Shown here in pieces: positions 53,501 to 64,000 of a stretch of 64,000 nucleotides of DNA. Both the position numbers and the translations under genes were made by a program. The stretch is from Mytilus trossulus. Its lineage: Eukaryota. Below the pieces are notes generated by a model that saw only the letters and a program-made list of their open reading frames with translations, was not told the origin of the DNA and ran no database searches. Where the stretch lies: NCBI RefSeq assembly GCF_036588685.1, contig NC_086374.1, positions 25,668,001-25,732,000 on the forward strand, in the 5' to 3' direction. Each line of letters opens with the position of its first letter. The stretch's first letter is position 1.

Positions 53501-56312
53501 TCAGACCGTTCTTTCACGTTCTACGACGAAAGTGTATTTAATAATTCATTTACAAAATGTTTTGGTGCTACACCTTTGGTGAGACTAAAATGTTCAAGGT
53601 ATTTTGCACTTTTAAAAAGTCAGTTTCATAAAAAGAATAAATGTTTTTGTTTCAAAAAGTGTTTGCTCTATTGAAATCATCATATAATTCACATAATAAT
53701 TTAAGTACAAATATCTATTTTCCTTTTTCACCTTTCTTTTATATATTTGATTTATTTTAGACAAACTATTGTACATACCTGGTTTGAATGTTGTTATTTG
53801 GGAACACTCTGTAATTATTCGATATCCTTCGTTTGCAAGGCCCTCTAATTTCACATCGTATGTTGTCCCTGATTTAAGATCTTCTATTACATAAGACGTC
53901 AAAGACACATCTGGATGTACTGCATGGAACACGGTATTATCATCTGTTTGTTTTCTGAAGAATAAGGTATAAGCCTTCAAGTCTGTATAGTCTACTGGGT
54001 CCCAGTAAACATCTATTTCAGAAGGTGACAATGCATACACTTTCAGACGATCACTTGGAATAACTGTATAGAGAGAAATGACATTCGTAAACATAATTCA
54101 AAAAATAAATAATTTCGATACAAACAATATGCGCTTATACTGTATTACTAGTATATTACACATATTTGCCAAATGCAAGTATCTTAAAATTTAGAAAGGG
54201 AATGGGGAATGTGTCAAAGCGACAACAACCCGACCATAGAGCAAATAACAGCCGTAGCCACCAATGGTTCTCCAATGTAGCGAGAAACTCCAGCACCCGT
54301 AGATGTCCTTCGGCTGGCCCCTTAAAAAATATGTATACTTGTAAAGTGATAATAGACTAACAAAGGCCAGAGGCTCCTTACTTGGGACAGGCGCAAAATT
54401 GCAGCGGGGTTAAACATGTTTATGAGACCTCAACCCTTCCCCTATACCTCTTCATGTATATATTTCTATTCTGTTTATCATATTTCGTCGGTTGTATTCG
54501 ATTTATGAATTTGATTTTCACTTTGGTATCTCGAGTTTTGTTTTAATTGATACGAAACATTAGCAATTCTTGCCAATGAAGATGTTTAAAAAACAATGTT
54601 CATATAAACCACTTTTGACTCTGGAAAAAAGATTATCGACAGATTACCTATTCCGTGATAGGACATTATTATAGTATTCGGATCTGAAAAGCCAACTAAG
54701 TAGTTTATCAAGTATAAGATCGGAGGAAATAAGGGGAAATAACTGTTTTCCGACAAGTTTGCAGTGTAAAAAGTAAATAACAGAAATACTGAACTCAAAG
54801 GATAATTCAAAACGCAAACTCCTTTGTCAAATGGCAATATAAAAAAAATCAATCGAATGGTAAATTAAACATAAAACAAAAATTGCACCGTATTTCTTTG
54901 AGTTGCAATTACTTGACCAAGCAAAAATATAAATACCATACCACAGAGTAGATAACATGCCAAAATAGTATATACTTAGTAAGTCGGTTGCATATGATTT
55001 ATTGCTTACACCAATGTATGTATTGCTCCAATTGTTTTCATCTGGTATTTTATACAAAAGACCAAATTTAGTGAGTTGCTAAAAAATGAAAATAAGACTT
55101 TAAATATTTCGTGCGTCCGCAACACTTTTGTCAATCGACCTTTATCGAAAACGCCCAAAACATAACAATTGAAAGCAACGTGAAAAAAAGACATTTGCAT
55201 AAATATTTTGCATTTAAAACTTATCGCAGGTTTAAGAAAAAGAATACAAAATAACAAGTACTTACTCTTATCCTCTATAGTTTTAACATTCTCCTTCATT
55301 GCTGACACCTGTGTATGTAAATCTTGTATCAAGGATATAACCTGTGCCTTCTGTCGAAATTTGGATAACAACTCCTTCCTGTGTTTAAGTTCTTGCACTT
55401 TTGTATGCAATTCTTCTGTAGTAAGAGATGACAAGTCGTCTGCTTTTTTCCTTTCTTCCACATATTTACTTGTCTGTTCTATCTTCTCATTTAATTCTTG
55501 CAGTTGCATATCAATTTTAGACCGGGCTGAAATATCAGTTGCCATAGGTGCTACACCTTGAATAAAATGAAAATATAAATCTAACAATCTTTGAGTTATT
55601 ACATTCATAATCTGGTACTAAAATAACCAGCATCTATACCAATTTAAGTTGTATCCTAATCCCTTTGATGTAATGAGTTAGAAAACTAAATGTAAGTTCA
55701 AAAACCAAGGACTGCGACTAACTATCCCTAAACCCAAAACAACAATTATCAAAATACTACATCCTTATCATAAATTTAAGACAATCGTTTAATCACATAT
55801 ATTTTCATTACCATATTTTGCTAGAAAGATTTGTAATTTGTTAAAATATGTACATTGACACTTAATAATTACATACTGTTGGAAACATTCTGTACTTCAT
55901 TTGTTCCGAATGAATCTGCTTTTAAATCGTCTTGAAGGTTTGTTTGTTCTTCTGATTGTAATGATTGTATTTCTTTAATAAGTTGTTTTTGTCTAAGAGC
56001 TTTCTTCTGATTTTCCAGTTGTTCTATCTTCATAATAAGTTCGTCTCTAGTTGTAGTGGCACCTTTGTTTTGCTTGGTACTTTCGTTAATGGTCACATTC
56101 CCTATTGCCCTGTTTCTGTCACTGTCTGGAATACGTGCTAATGTATTTGAAGTTGGTTCAACTTTTAGTTTATGCTGATTGTCCTCTTCCTCTATGTTGT
56201 TTTGTTTTTCGGTTAATAATATTTCTGGTGATATATTTGATTCAGTCTTCGTTGGATTTTCGTCATCATCCTCTTTTGTATGATCATTAGATGTTGCTTT
56301 TTCGTTTTCCAT
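43964..56312 (-). CDS. Gene E: coiled-coil - FN3 - pseudo-caspase p20 - FN3-FN3 - p10 (~782 aa)
   Basis: Exons (minus): 56312-55877 and 55556-55266 (E/Q/K-rich heptad-like), 54683-54648, 54063-53779 (FN3), 53230-53144 (GFALIIAN..LDGIQTD), 52433-52101 (CFICVVTGYM..IYGTDG..GKVKLVFVDAF), 51441-51148 (FN3), 46783-46472 (FN3), 46109-46089 (microexon), 45028-44896 (EPDFFIASAT..SSFLNTL) and 44084-43964 (..EIPQSVTTLRYPVFLGKV*). 2349 nt in one frame. Confidence 0.82.
44490..44701 (-). mobile_element. Young 5'-truncated poly(A) retro-insertion with 15-bp TSD
   Basis: Direct repeat agccgaaacggagtt at 44490-44504 and 44687-44701 flanks a 36-nt T run (44503-44538) and ~150 nt of sequence. AATAAA on the minus strand (44550-44555) lies just upstream of the poly(A). 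Confidence 0.85.
45296..45520 (+). repeat. Interspersed repeat family R4
   Basis: aataaaggcaacagtag.ataccgctgttcaaaactcataaatc..aaaac.aaatcggggtaacaaactaaaaccgagggaaac recurs at ~7508-7600, ~52458-52590, ~62865-63020 and ~22780-22940 (-). Confidence 0.8.
47832..50909. mobile_element. Non-autonomous Transib/RAG-like DNA transposon (3078 bp) in a gene E intron
   Basis: 69-bp TIRs (47832-47900 and 50841-50909, one mismatch) begin CACGGTG. A 5-bp TSD GATGT lies at 47827-47831 and 50910-50914. The rejoined empty site (ttgacaacgatgtgtgaacaaa) matches another copy of the host repeat at ~27610-27631. No transposase ORF was seen. CAC termini with a 5-bp TSD are characteristic of Transib. Confidence 0.85.
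52745..52900 (-). mobile_element. Degraded reverse-transcriptase remnant (Penelope-like)
   Basis: Translates as DNIFVVFGGLIFQQTV.I...CATLLTDLF...YEADLIQ, resembling RT motif B. Similar stop/frameshifted fragments occur at ~6130-6240 (+) and ~20868-20975 (+), and SQLIRY.RAC-like C-terminal fragments at ~30900-31180 and ~63150-63420 (+). Confidence 0.5.
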
Positions 56313-57274
56313 TTTTAACACTATATAAACAGTATAACTAATAAAGACCTTTATTAAAAGTTGTTTGTAATTATATCTTAGTCTTTGTCACGCTTTATCG
56401 CTGTTTGCTTTGTTTATTTACCCATATCAAAAAACAAAACAAAAAAATGTTTTCATTGAACTATACTTTAACTATGCATTGATTTGAAACGATCCGATTT
56501 CGTTAATTGATTGTGTGAGCATTCTTTCAGTATAATAGATTTAGTTTCATACTTAAAAAAATATAATATACTAAAAACATACCAAAGTCATTAAGTGTTT
56601 GTACTTTGTTTTAAGATAAAGGTTGACATTACTCAAATGTACCAATACCAAATAATATAGAGGGTAATCCTGGATATAGTCAAAGTCTTTTTTTAATATG
56701 TACCCGATCATTCGTGATATACTTGTATAAGAAATTGTGGGGTATTATTTAACCAAATCAAGACACTTTTTCTTTGTTACATCGACGAGTTAGCTGAAAG
56801 CAATTTTACCGATCAAAATTGAAAGGAAGTTGCCTTAATGTGTTTATAACATTTTAATAATGATATCCCGTCCCCTGTTTACCCTTCTGGAGCACTTCAT
56901 ATTACCCACAATCTTAGTTGGGGTTGTTTTGATCAGTCTTTGATTTTCTATGTTGTGTTTATGTACTATTGGTTGACCTGTTTTCAGCCAAAGCGTTGTC
57001 AGTTGACTGGTTTGAATATCTCTTTGGTATCTTTCGCCTCTCTTTGCTTTATAACAAATTTACTATCATTATACAAAAAGGACGGAGTTAACTTCATTTT
57101 TGTATAATTAAAAGGAACAAATAACATTTTGAAATTGTAATTTTTAGACAGGGACATTTCTAAGTTTGAAGAATAAAAAATCAAATGTGTTTTTGGAGAT
57201 CTGTTTACTTTAACTCAAACTTAATGAAGATTATTTTTCAAATATATTTCTCATTAATGGCACTTTCTTTTTTG

Positions 57275-57480
57275 GAATACTAAGGCTTTTCTACCTCAGG
57301 CATAGATTACCTTAGCTGTATTTGGCAACACTTTTAGGAATTTAGGTCCTCAATGCTCTTCAACTTCGTGTTTTATTTGGCCTTTTAAACTTTTCGGATT
57401 CGAGCGTCACTGGTGAGTCTTTTGAAGACAAAACGCGCGTCTTGCGTATTTACTAGTCCTGGTATCTATGATGAGTTTAG
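57275..57480 (-). repeat. Interspersed repeat family R5
   Basis: The taccagga..tacgc..gacgcgcgttt.gtct..a.aagactca.cagtgacgct motif recurs at ~12705-12830, ~16600-16730 (-) and ~36090-36270. Related segments occur at ~11500-11690 and tandemly at ~45565-46030. Confidence 0.7.
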
Positions 57481-57771
57481 TTTCATGCTATGTTTTTCCC
57501 GTCTGAATCTAACACATCTTTGGCTTTCAAATATTCGGCTTTGAGTGTTTCTGTGGCAGATAAATTCAGACAAGTGCTTCGAACGCATGACATTTATAAA
57601 GTATAGTTTTCATTTTTTTATGCGACAGTATTGTTGCTCTGAACATTTGCTAGAAGTTTCAGGTTTCAGAAGTTCTCACGTTAAACACTGATCATATCAT
57701 GCGTAATAATGAATTGACACATGTTATTGCTAAAAAACAAAACCTTGCAGTATAAGTACAAACATGGATAA

Positions 57772-57960
57772 AAACAAGAGTGTGTCCATAGAACACTGAT
57801 ACCCCACTTGCACTATAGTTTTCTATGTTCTGTGGATCGTAATATTAAGTTCATAACACTAAATTGACATTGAAATTATAAAAATCATATGATAGGTATG
57901 ATAACATGTGTATTAAGTTTCAAGTTGATTGGACTTCAACTTCATCAAAAACTTCCATGA
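57772..57960 (+). mobile_element. Helentron/DINE-like non-autonomous fragment
   Basis: Starts aaacaagagtgtgtcc and contains catgtgtattaagtttcaagttgattggac, motifs I associate with mollusc Helentron-type repeats; recognition from memory only. Confidence 0.35.
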
Positions 57961-59571
57961 CAAAAAAAAACTGTATGCTAACATTGCCTATGTGAAATTT
58001 AAAAATTGTTTGTATATACATTGACCGATAAATATATGTGACGTATACTATTTTCTGACGTCAAACACGCGAAACAATGAATGTGTTTGTAGATAGATGT
58101 TTTTGTGTTCTGTTAAATTGTTCCTTATAGAATTGTTACACGATGATGACTGCTGTACCCATATTAGACCATTTTATTTATTATGTCTGTTTAGTGCACG
58201 CATCATTGTAAATATAACGGAATGTGATGAGACTGTCATCAAAGTGACAGGGTTAGCGCTATAAAACCAGGTTTGATCCACTGTTTTTAAAAATGCCTGT
58301 ACCTAGTATGGAATATGACAGTTCTTGTCCATTCGTTTTTGATGTGTTTTGTTATTTGATTTTGCCATGTGATTATGGACTTTCCTATTAGATTTTCCTC
58401 TAAGTTCAGTTTTTTTTGTGGTTCTACTTTTTACCTGAAGCGGGATAGACGAACAAATGATTGGATGAAAGGAAATACAGACAGGAAAACATAATGCCTC
58501 TAGGTGAGGCATAAAAAGGATAATATGCGAAAGGTAAATAGACGAAGACAACCACAGTTCAAAAGAACTGACAGAAAAACAAACATGTTCATGTTTTCAT
58601 GGAGGTTTAGTTCAATATTGCACGAGCACATAAAAGAATTAAGAATTTCAAGGGCTTCTCATTTTTACCGATTTTTCATTAATGATACCGTGATATATAT
58701 GAATTTTCAGATATCCTGTTACTGTAGCATTGAAAACTTGCATGAATGATTTGATATACTGAACTATAAGACTAAGACAACAATCATTATTGACACAATA
58801 GCAATTGCATAACATGAATTCGAATCCAATATTACTTCAAAGTTGTGTATTGTCTGTTTTTAATGATTCTGTCATTCCCTCACGATATCTCGAGTACTTT
58901 TTACCGGGAAATTGTCGCGTCGTCTTTTATTTGTGATTTTTGGACTGAATTAGAATTAGCTACGCTATTATACGAAATTATTGTGGTATCTAATGCAATA
59001 TTTCCCCTTTTTAGGAGCAGCACTCTCATTGATACTCTTCCATTTAAAATTACCGGACCTTGTTCGGTGGTAATATCAATAACTCCGACCTTTTAAACAA
59101 TACGACCTAAATATATATATTCAAACCTCACATTGCTGACAGTCGAAACAATTATCAGGGAGACGATATAAAATACAATTTTCCCATTTGTAGATTGGAA
59201 AGTGGCCATTTGAACACTCCGCTTCATATCGAAAGTGTGCCTATCCTGGTGTTCCGGGGATGAGTCCATAAGATTCAACAATAACACACCTCTGCATATA
59301 ATTTGTTTTAACTTCAAACTTTATTTCTAAACTAAACTAAAGTATAGAAATGATAGAAAGAAAAAAAAATAACAATCATTGACATAGAATTCTTTTCTTT
59401 TCGGCCGTCATTTCTATCTTCTAGTTTCGAAGATTATTCTGATAACAACTTTGATCACACGAGTCAATACATGAATATAAAATCATGATTCAAACTTTAG
59501 AATTTTCTAGGTAAAAATAAACTTGATATAATTCACAGAAAAGGTATATCATATCATTATGCCTGAAAAAT

Positions 59572-62500
59572 TTAGTTTCCTTCATCTACATTTTGTTTAT
59601 CATTATCAGGTTCAGCGAGTTTCATCTTTGGAGAACCTCCAAGAAATAATGCTGTGTTCAGTGTCGATGATAATATCGGCATTTCATATCTATCTGATGT
59701 ATAAATCAGCTCATTTCTTACATCTTGTATAATGGACGTTATGTCAAACCTGAAATATAATGAACAGACAAACATTATGTCAAGTTTTAACACAATTAAG
59801 ATTGAAATATATTTTTAGAAAAACCGGAAACCTACTGCTGACATAACAAACAATGATGCATAACTCAATGTTTATCAATCAACTACCGGTATAAGTCCAG
59901 ACTATCCCGGTTTTTGTTTGGGATTCGTGTTGCTTAGTCTTTTGTTGTCTATGTTGTGTTCTGTGTACTGTTGTTTTCACTTTCGTCGTTTTGTGTTTTG
60001 CCATGACATTGACAATTAGTTTTCAGTATGTGAATTTGAATATTTATTTGCTGTCTTTTGCCTCTTTTTTGCATTCATAATTGAAAACTATATAGCGATT
60101 ATTCGAGTTTTCCATTTATGAATTTCCCAATTCGTAATCTCAACAAACTACTACTGCTCACACTGTTTACATTTCATACTTAGTCAATCATTCAATAAAC
60201 CCATCATATATACCAGGATTGAAATATTAATATAACCAGACGCGGCGTTTCCTCTTCAATAAGTGTTTTTGTCAAATCGAGTCGTTTCTAACTGCAGTTT
60301 CTTTTAGCTGTTCGATAAAATCTATATTAAAAAGATAGAGGTTGGTTTCGTCATATGCATATGACATTGATGTCAGGTCTCCCAGTGTCCAAAGACTTAT
60401 TTTCTTAAAGTGTTGTATTCTTGTTATTTATACTAGTAGCTTAACAGGCTATTTCATACGAATCTCAATGCATCAAATACCACCCTAGTTTTCATTCTCA
60501 AATTGAAGCTTAAATTTCAAATGTTAATAGTTATCTTAATAGTCTCGAGTCAAAAATTGAACACGTAACCCCGTGTTTTGGTTGTTGCATCTCCGAATTG
60601 ATTCATTTCTATTATCTAAAAAAAACTTAGAAATAAAAGCTAGTTACACTATCGAAAATCCCATTACTGTAATACAGGGATAAATCATACCTGTTGTGCT
60701 TTTTGAGTAGATGTTTTGCAAAACAGCCAAGAAACGATGGGGACTCATCAGACACAAATGGACCATTGGCAGTAGCTATCATGAAATGTGGTTTACCCAA
60801 AATATGCGTTGTTGACGAGTCTAAAGAAATGAATATAAAATGTACATCATTATCCGAGAGAGAAGTACACAATGATATTACAACTTTGTTTGTTGTTTTT
60901 ATATTTGTCATGGCATGGACAGTTTGTTTTTGTCTTCTGAGTTTGATGGTTCCTTTCATATCTTCAACCTTTCTTTCGTCTCTCTTTATCCGATATTTGT
61001 TATAAGAATCTCGCTACAACATTTGTATTCATTTAGAAAGGAGTTGTACTTTATTATAAGTGTAACAAATAAAAACATGTTATTGTTTTCATCTTGCTGT
61101 TTAAATTTTTCCATAACCTTTCGATCATCTAACTAACAATGTGTCTTAAACAGAAAGACAGTATACAGGTAAATATTTTAAATACTCAAATATATGTGAT
61201 TGGTTAAGACGTGTAAATTGTGTTTTCATAAACTGCTTATGTAATACAAAGAACAAGTGTAGCAGATGCGTAGTACTTGTACTTAAAAAACGCAATACTC
61301 TTTACCTACTTGCAAGAATATCATTCGAAGCAGTAAGTGTAACTTTAAGCTTACCTGCCATAATTATTGGTGTACCTGCAAAAAAAATATGCCTATAATA
61401 TATGATATACAAACGACATTTTAAAAGTGATGATACTTAATATTAATCTTTTATTTTAAAGGAAAATAGTATCGTACTATACTTGGCCTTTCTAGGGAAC
61501 ACATTTTAATTCTGGTTTTTTTCATCGATGAGATTATCTTTTATATGACATCAAGTGGTGACGTTTTATACTTACAATTTTCCAATGCGTATTTCATTAC
61601 CACATAACATTACATTCAAAATATTTACAGCTACTTTCAATTAGTGATTAGTTTAATTCTGTACTAAGAGGTAAACATTCAAAAGTTGCAACATCTGATG
61701 CTTAAACAAATAAATAGATAAACCCACCATCTTTTGGTGTTGTTATCGACACTTCAGCTGGATCACTATACTCAACATTGTTTTTGTCCCTCTTTACTGA
61801 AGAGATTTTGATCGTATACATAGTATTTTGTTTCAAATTATCAAATACATGACATGGATAGGATACAGTTATTCCTTCGAATTCTTCTTGGTCTGTTGAT
61901 TTGTGGGATATATGATACAATAGATTGTCAGAGTTTTCTGTGGATGATTGTTTCCAAAAGGCATAGATCTGTGATTGAGAAATCAACTCAAGTCCAAATG
62001 CAACAGGACAATTAGATTCTGGAAAAAAAGAGAAGTATATCAGAGATAATACTAGTAAATAAAAAAAAAATACTTTTTGAGTCCTGCTTTTTTATTTTGT
62101 TTGCTTCAACCTACATAAAATACGCAAATGCTTAAGCAACATACTTTCTCCGCATTAATAATTCATATTTGAAAAGTTATCTGGCTATTAATTTTGTAAC
62201 ATTTACCTTTATTACTCGTTTTAATTATTCCGTTGACTGCTTGGCCATTATGTTCTGGATATGATGCAAACACTTCAAATTTATATTCTGTATTAGTTTT
62301 CAGTTTACCAAGTTCACAAATATAGGCTTCTTTTGTATGTTCTGCATTTATATACTTCATTTTTGTCTTTTCTCCATCATTTAAAGCAACTACGAATCGA
62401 CTGACTTGTATCTCTGAGAGTTTTGGATATTGGAATGAAAATTCAACACTTGTTGGATCGATGTATCGAACTTTAACATTTCTTGGTTGGTTTGAGTCTG

Positions 62501-64000
62501 TAAGATAGTTTTAAAATCATTAGAAATAACAAAATTTCCATAAAACAATGCCACTGCACCTAACAATCATAAGAGTAATACCTCAAGTATGCAGCAATAA
62601 AGCTACAAAAAAAATGAATTGCAGACTCTAAAGCAGTAATTACTTTAAAGATTTATTCTAATTTATCTATTGAAATTCTTTATCATCATTACATTAGAAA
62701 GACGTATATCATTCATACATCTTCATTTTCAAAATATTGCACAGAAAATAAGTGCTTCTTATATTTGTAGAAAAAAATGAACATTTCAAACATTGATATT
62801 GGCTGTAGATGATTTTTAACAGACTTGAGTATGTAATTTTACAACTTTTTGCGATTGTATTCTTTTATAAAGGCAAGAGAAGTATAACGCTGTTCAAAAG
62901 TCATAACTCGATTGAGAGAAAACAAAACCGAGGGAAACACATAAACTATAAGAGGAAAACAATGAAACATCAGAACACTGAAATGCAACCAAAAGCAAAC
63001 AACAATGCAACATACATAGAAACATATAACTGTTTCAGCTTCGAACTCAATATGAAGGATACCACATATACATTTCAGCTTCTTAAATTGACTTACATCT
63101 AGAAATTAAAAATAAAAATCGGATAAGAACAAAACTTTGCTATCAAAAGAAACAATTTCATAGCTGTGAGTGTATATGGAGTAAATGTCCCCTAGTTAAT
63201 ACGATAGCTTATAGCTTGCGTTTCCCATCATGTTTTCCTTGGAATAGGGTTACTGCTTACAAAGAGATATTTTAGACAGGAAAACCAAGTGGTAAAGTTG
63301 GTAAAGTTCCCTTCGAAATTTTATAGACGCTACCACGAGTGGTTTTACCGTTATCGAATGATATGTTTCACAAATTACTATAGATATGTTCCAATTGTTG
63401 TGAACACAATCCCGTAAGTCATCTTTTACTCGAATTTAAACTGATATGAGCAGCACGATGGGAGCAAAATGTGGGACATAACTCTTACAATAAACCAGAT
63501 ACCAACCCCGGTTTTTGTTGGTGTGTTATAAGAAGTGTTTTTTGTGTAGTGTTTTGTAGATTGTTGATTGTCTTTTCGTCGTTTTCTTTCTTTATTGTCA
63601 TGGCGTAGCATTTTGAGTTTAGATATCTCTGGTATCTTCCGCGTTTGTTTTCCGGAAATATGTTTTCTGAACAATCTTCATCACTAAAGTGTGACATTAC
63701 AAAAATCTAAAAATACATAAAACAGTTGTAAGCATACATATAAAAAATGTCGACACAGAACAGTCAGATCCTTCTTAATTCAGCTTTGAGTAGAGTTTAT
63801 TGAGAAATGAGCATTGCACGTTTTATCTAAATTTGCAATCTATATTAATTGTATGTACTAAAATAAATACCATCAAGTTCCTGTATTGTTTCTTCCTTGA
63901 TTTTGGCAGTATCTATCAACACAATTCTTTGTTTACCCTGGGCATCCGTGGAATCAGTGTTAATATCATATTTCAAACAATCTATTAATCTGCTTATTAG
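59572..64000 (-). CDS. Gene F (5'-partial): pseudo-caspase p20 end - FN3-FN3 - p10; paralog of gene E
   Basis: Exons (minus): >64000-63871 (..GKQRIVLIDTAKIKEETIQELDG, aligning with E's GKVKLVFVDAFKVREQVIEELDG), 62497-62207 (FN3), 62018-61728 (FN3), 61375-61355 (microexon GTPIIMA), 60820-60691 (KPHFMIATA..SFL) and 59749-59572 (..EMPILSSTLNTALFLG..*). Phases are identical to gene E. Confidence 0.8.

Noticed and set aside
55208-55561. Plus-strand 117-aa ORF and the many other 60-100 aa ORFs in the track
   Set aside because: Antisense to real exons, or lying in repeats or AT-rich introns with no recognisable motifs or splice support.
58830-59320. Possible extra gene between E and F
   Set aside because: Short ORFs on both strands without domain signatures; more likely a decayed repeat.

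Overview
AT-rich, intron- and repeat-laden eukaryotic genomic DNA. The interspersed repeats resemble those of bivalve molluscs (Mytilus-like); the taxon is my inference. Manual splicing on GT-AG sites with phase checking resolves a tandem cluster of six divergent caspase-family genes, here labelled A-F, plus one intronless bacterial-type gene. Genes A, B and C (minus strand) share an unrecognised ~75-95 aa helical prodomain instead of CARD/DED. A is cut by the left edge and carries a ~470 aa Q/N/K-rich disordered N-terminus. B is complete (SHG...QACNI). C has a large subunit (SHG...QACPV), but I could not find small-subunit exons of its own. Genes D (+), E (-) and F (-, cut by the right edge) have 2-3 fibronectin type III (FN3) domains inserted between the large (p20) and small (p10) subunits, plus one FN3 upstream of p20 in D and E. 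Their catalytic residues are degraded: D His->Ser; E His and Cys lost; F Cys->Ala. Between A and B sits a full-length, intact, single-exon bifunctional HldE (heptose-7-P kinase/heptose-1-P nucleotidyltransferase, 471 aa), the enzyme that makes the immune agonist ADP-heptose, with eukaryote-like flanks. Mobile DNA includes a 3.1-kb Transib/RAG-like non-autonomous element (CACGGTG termini, 5-bp TSD), a Kolobok-like MITE, a young poly(A) retro-insertion with a 15-bp TSD, long palindromic elements, Penelope-like RT remnants and several SINE/MITE-like families. No rRNA, tRNA or CRISPR was seen. All gene models are manual predictions without transcript support.
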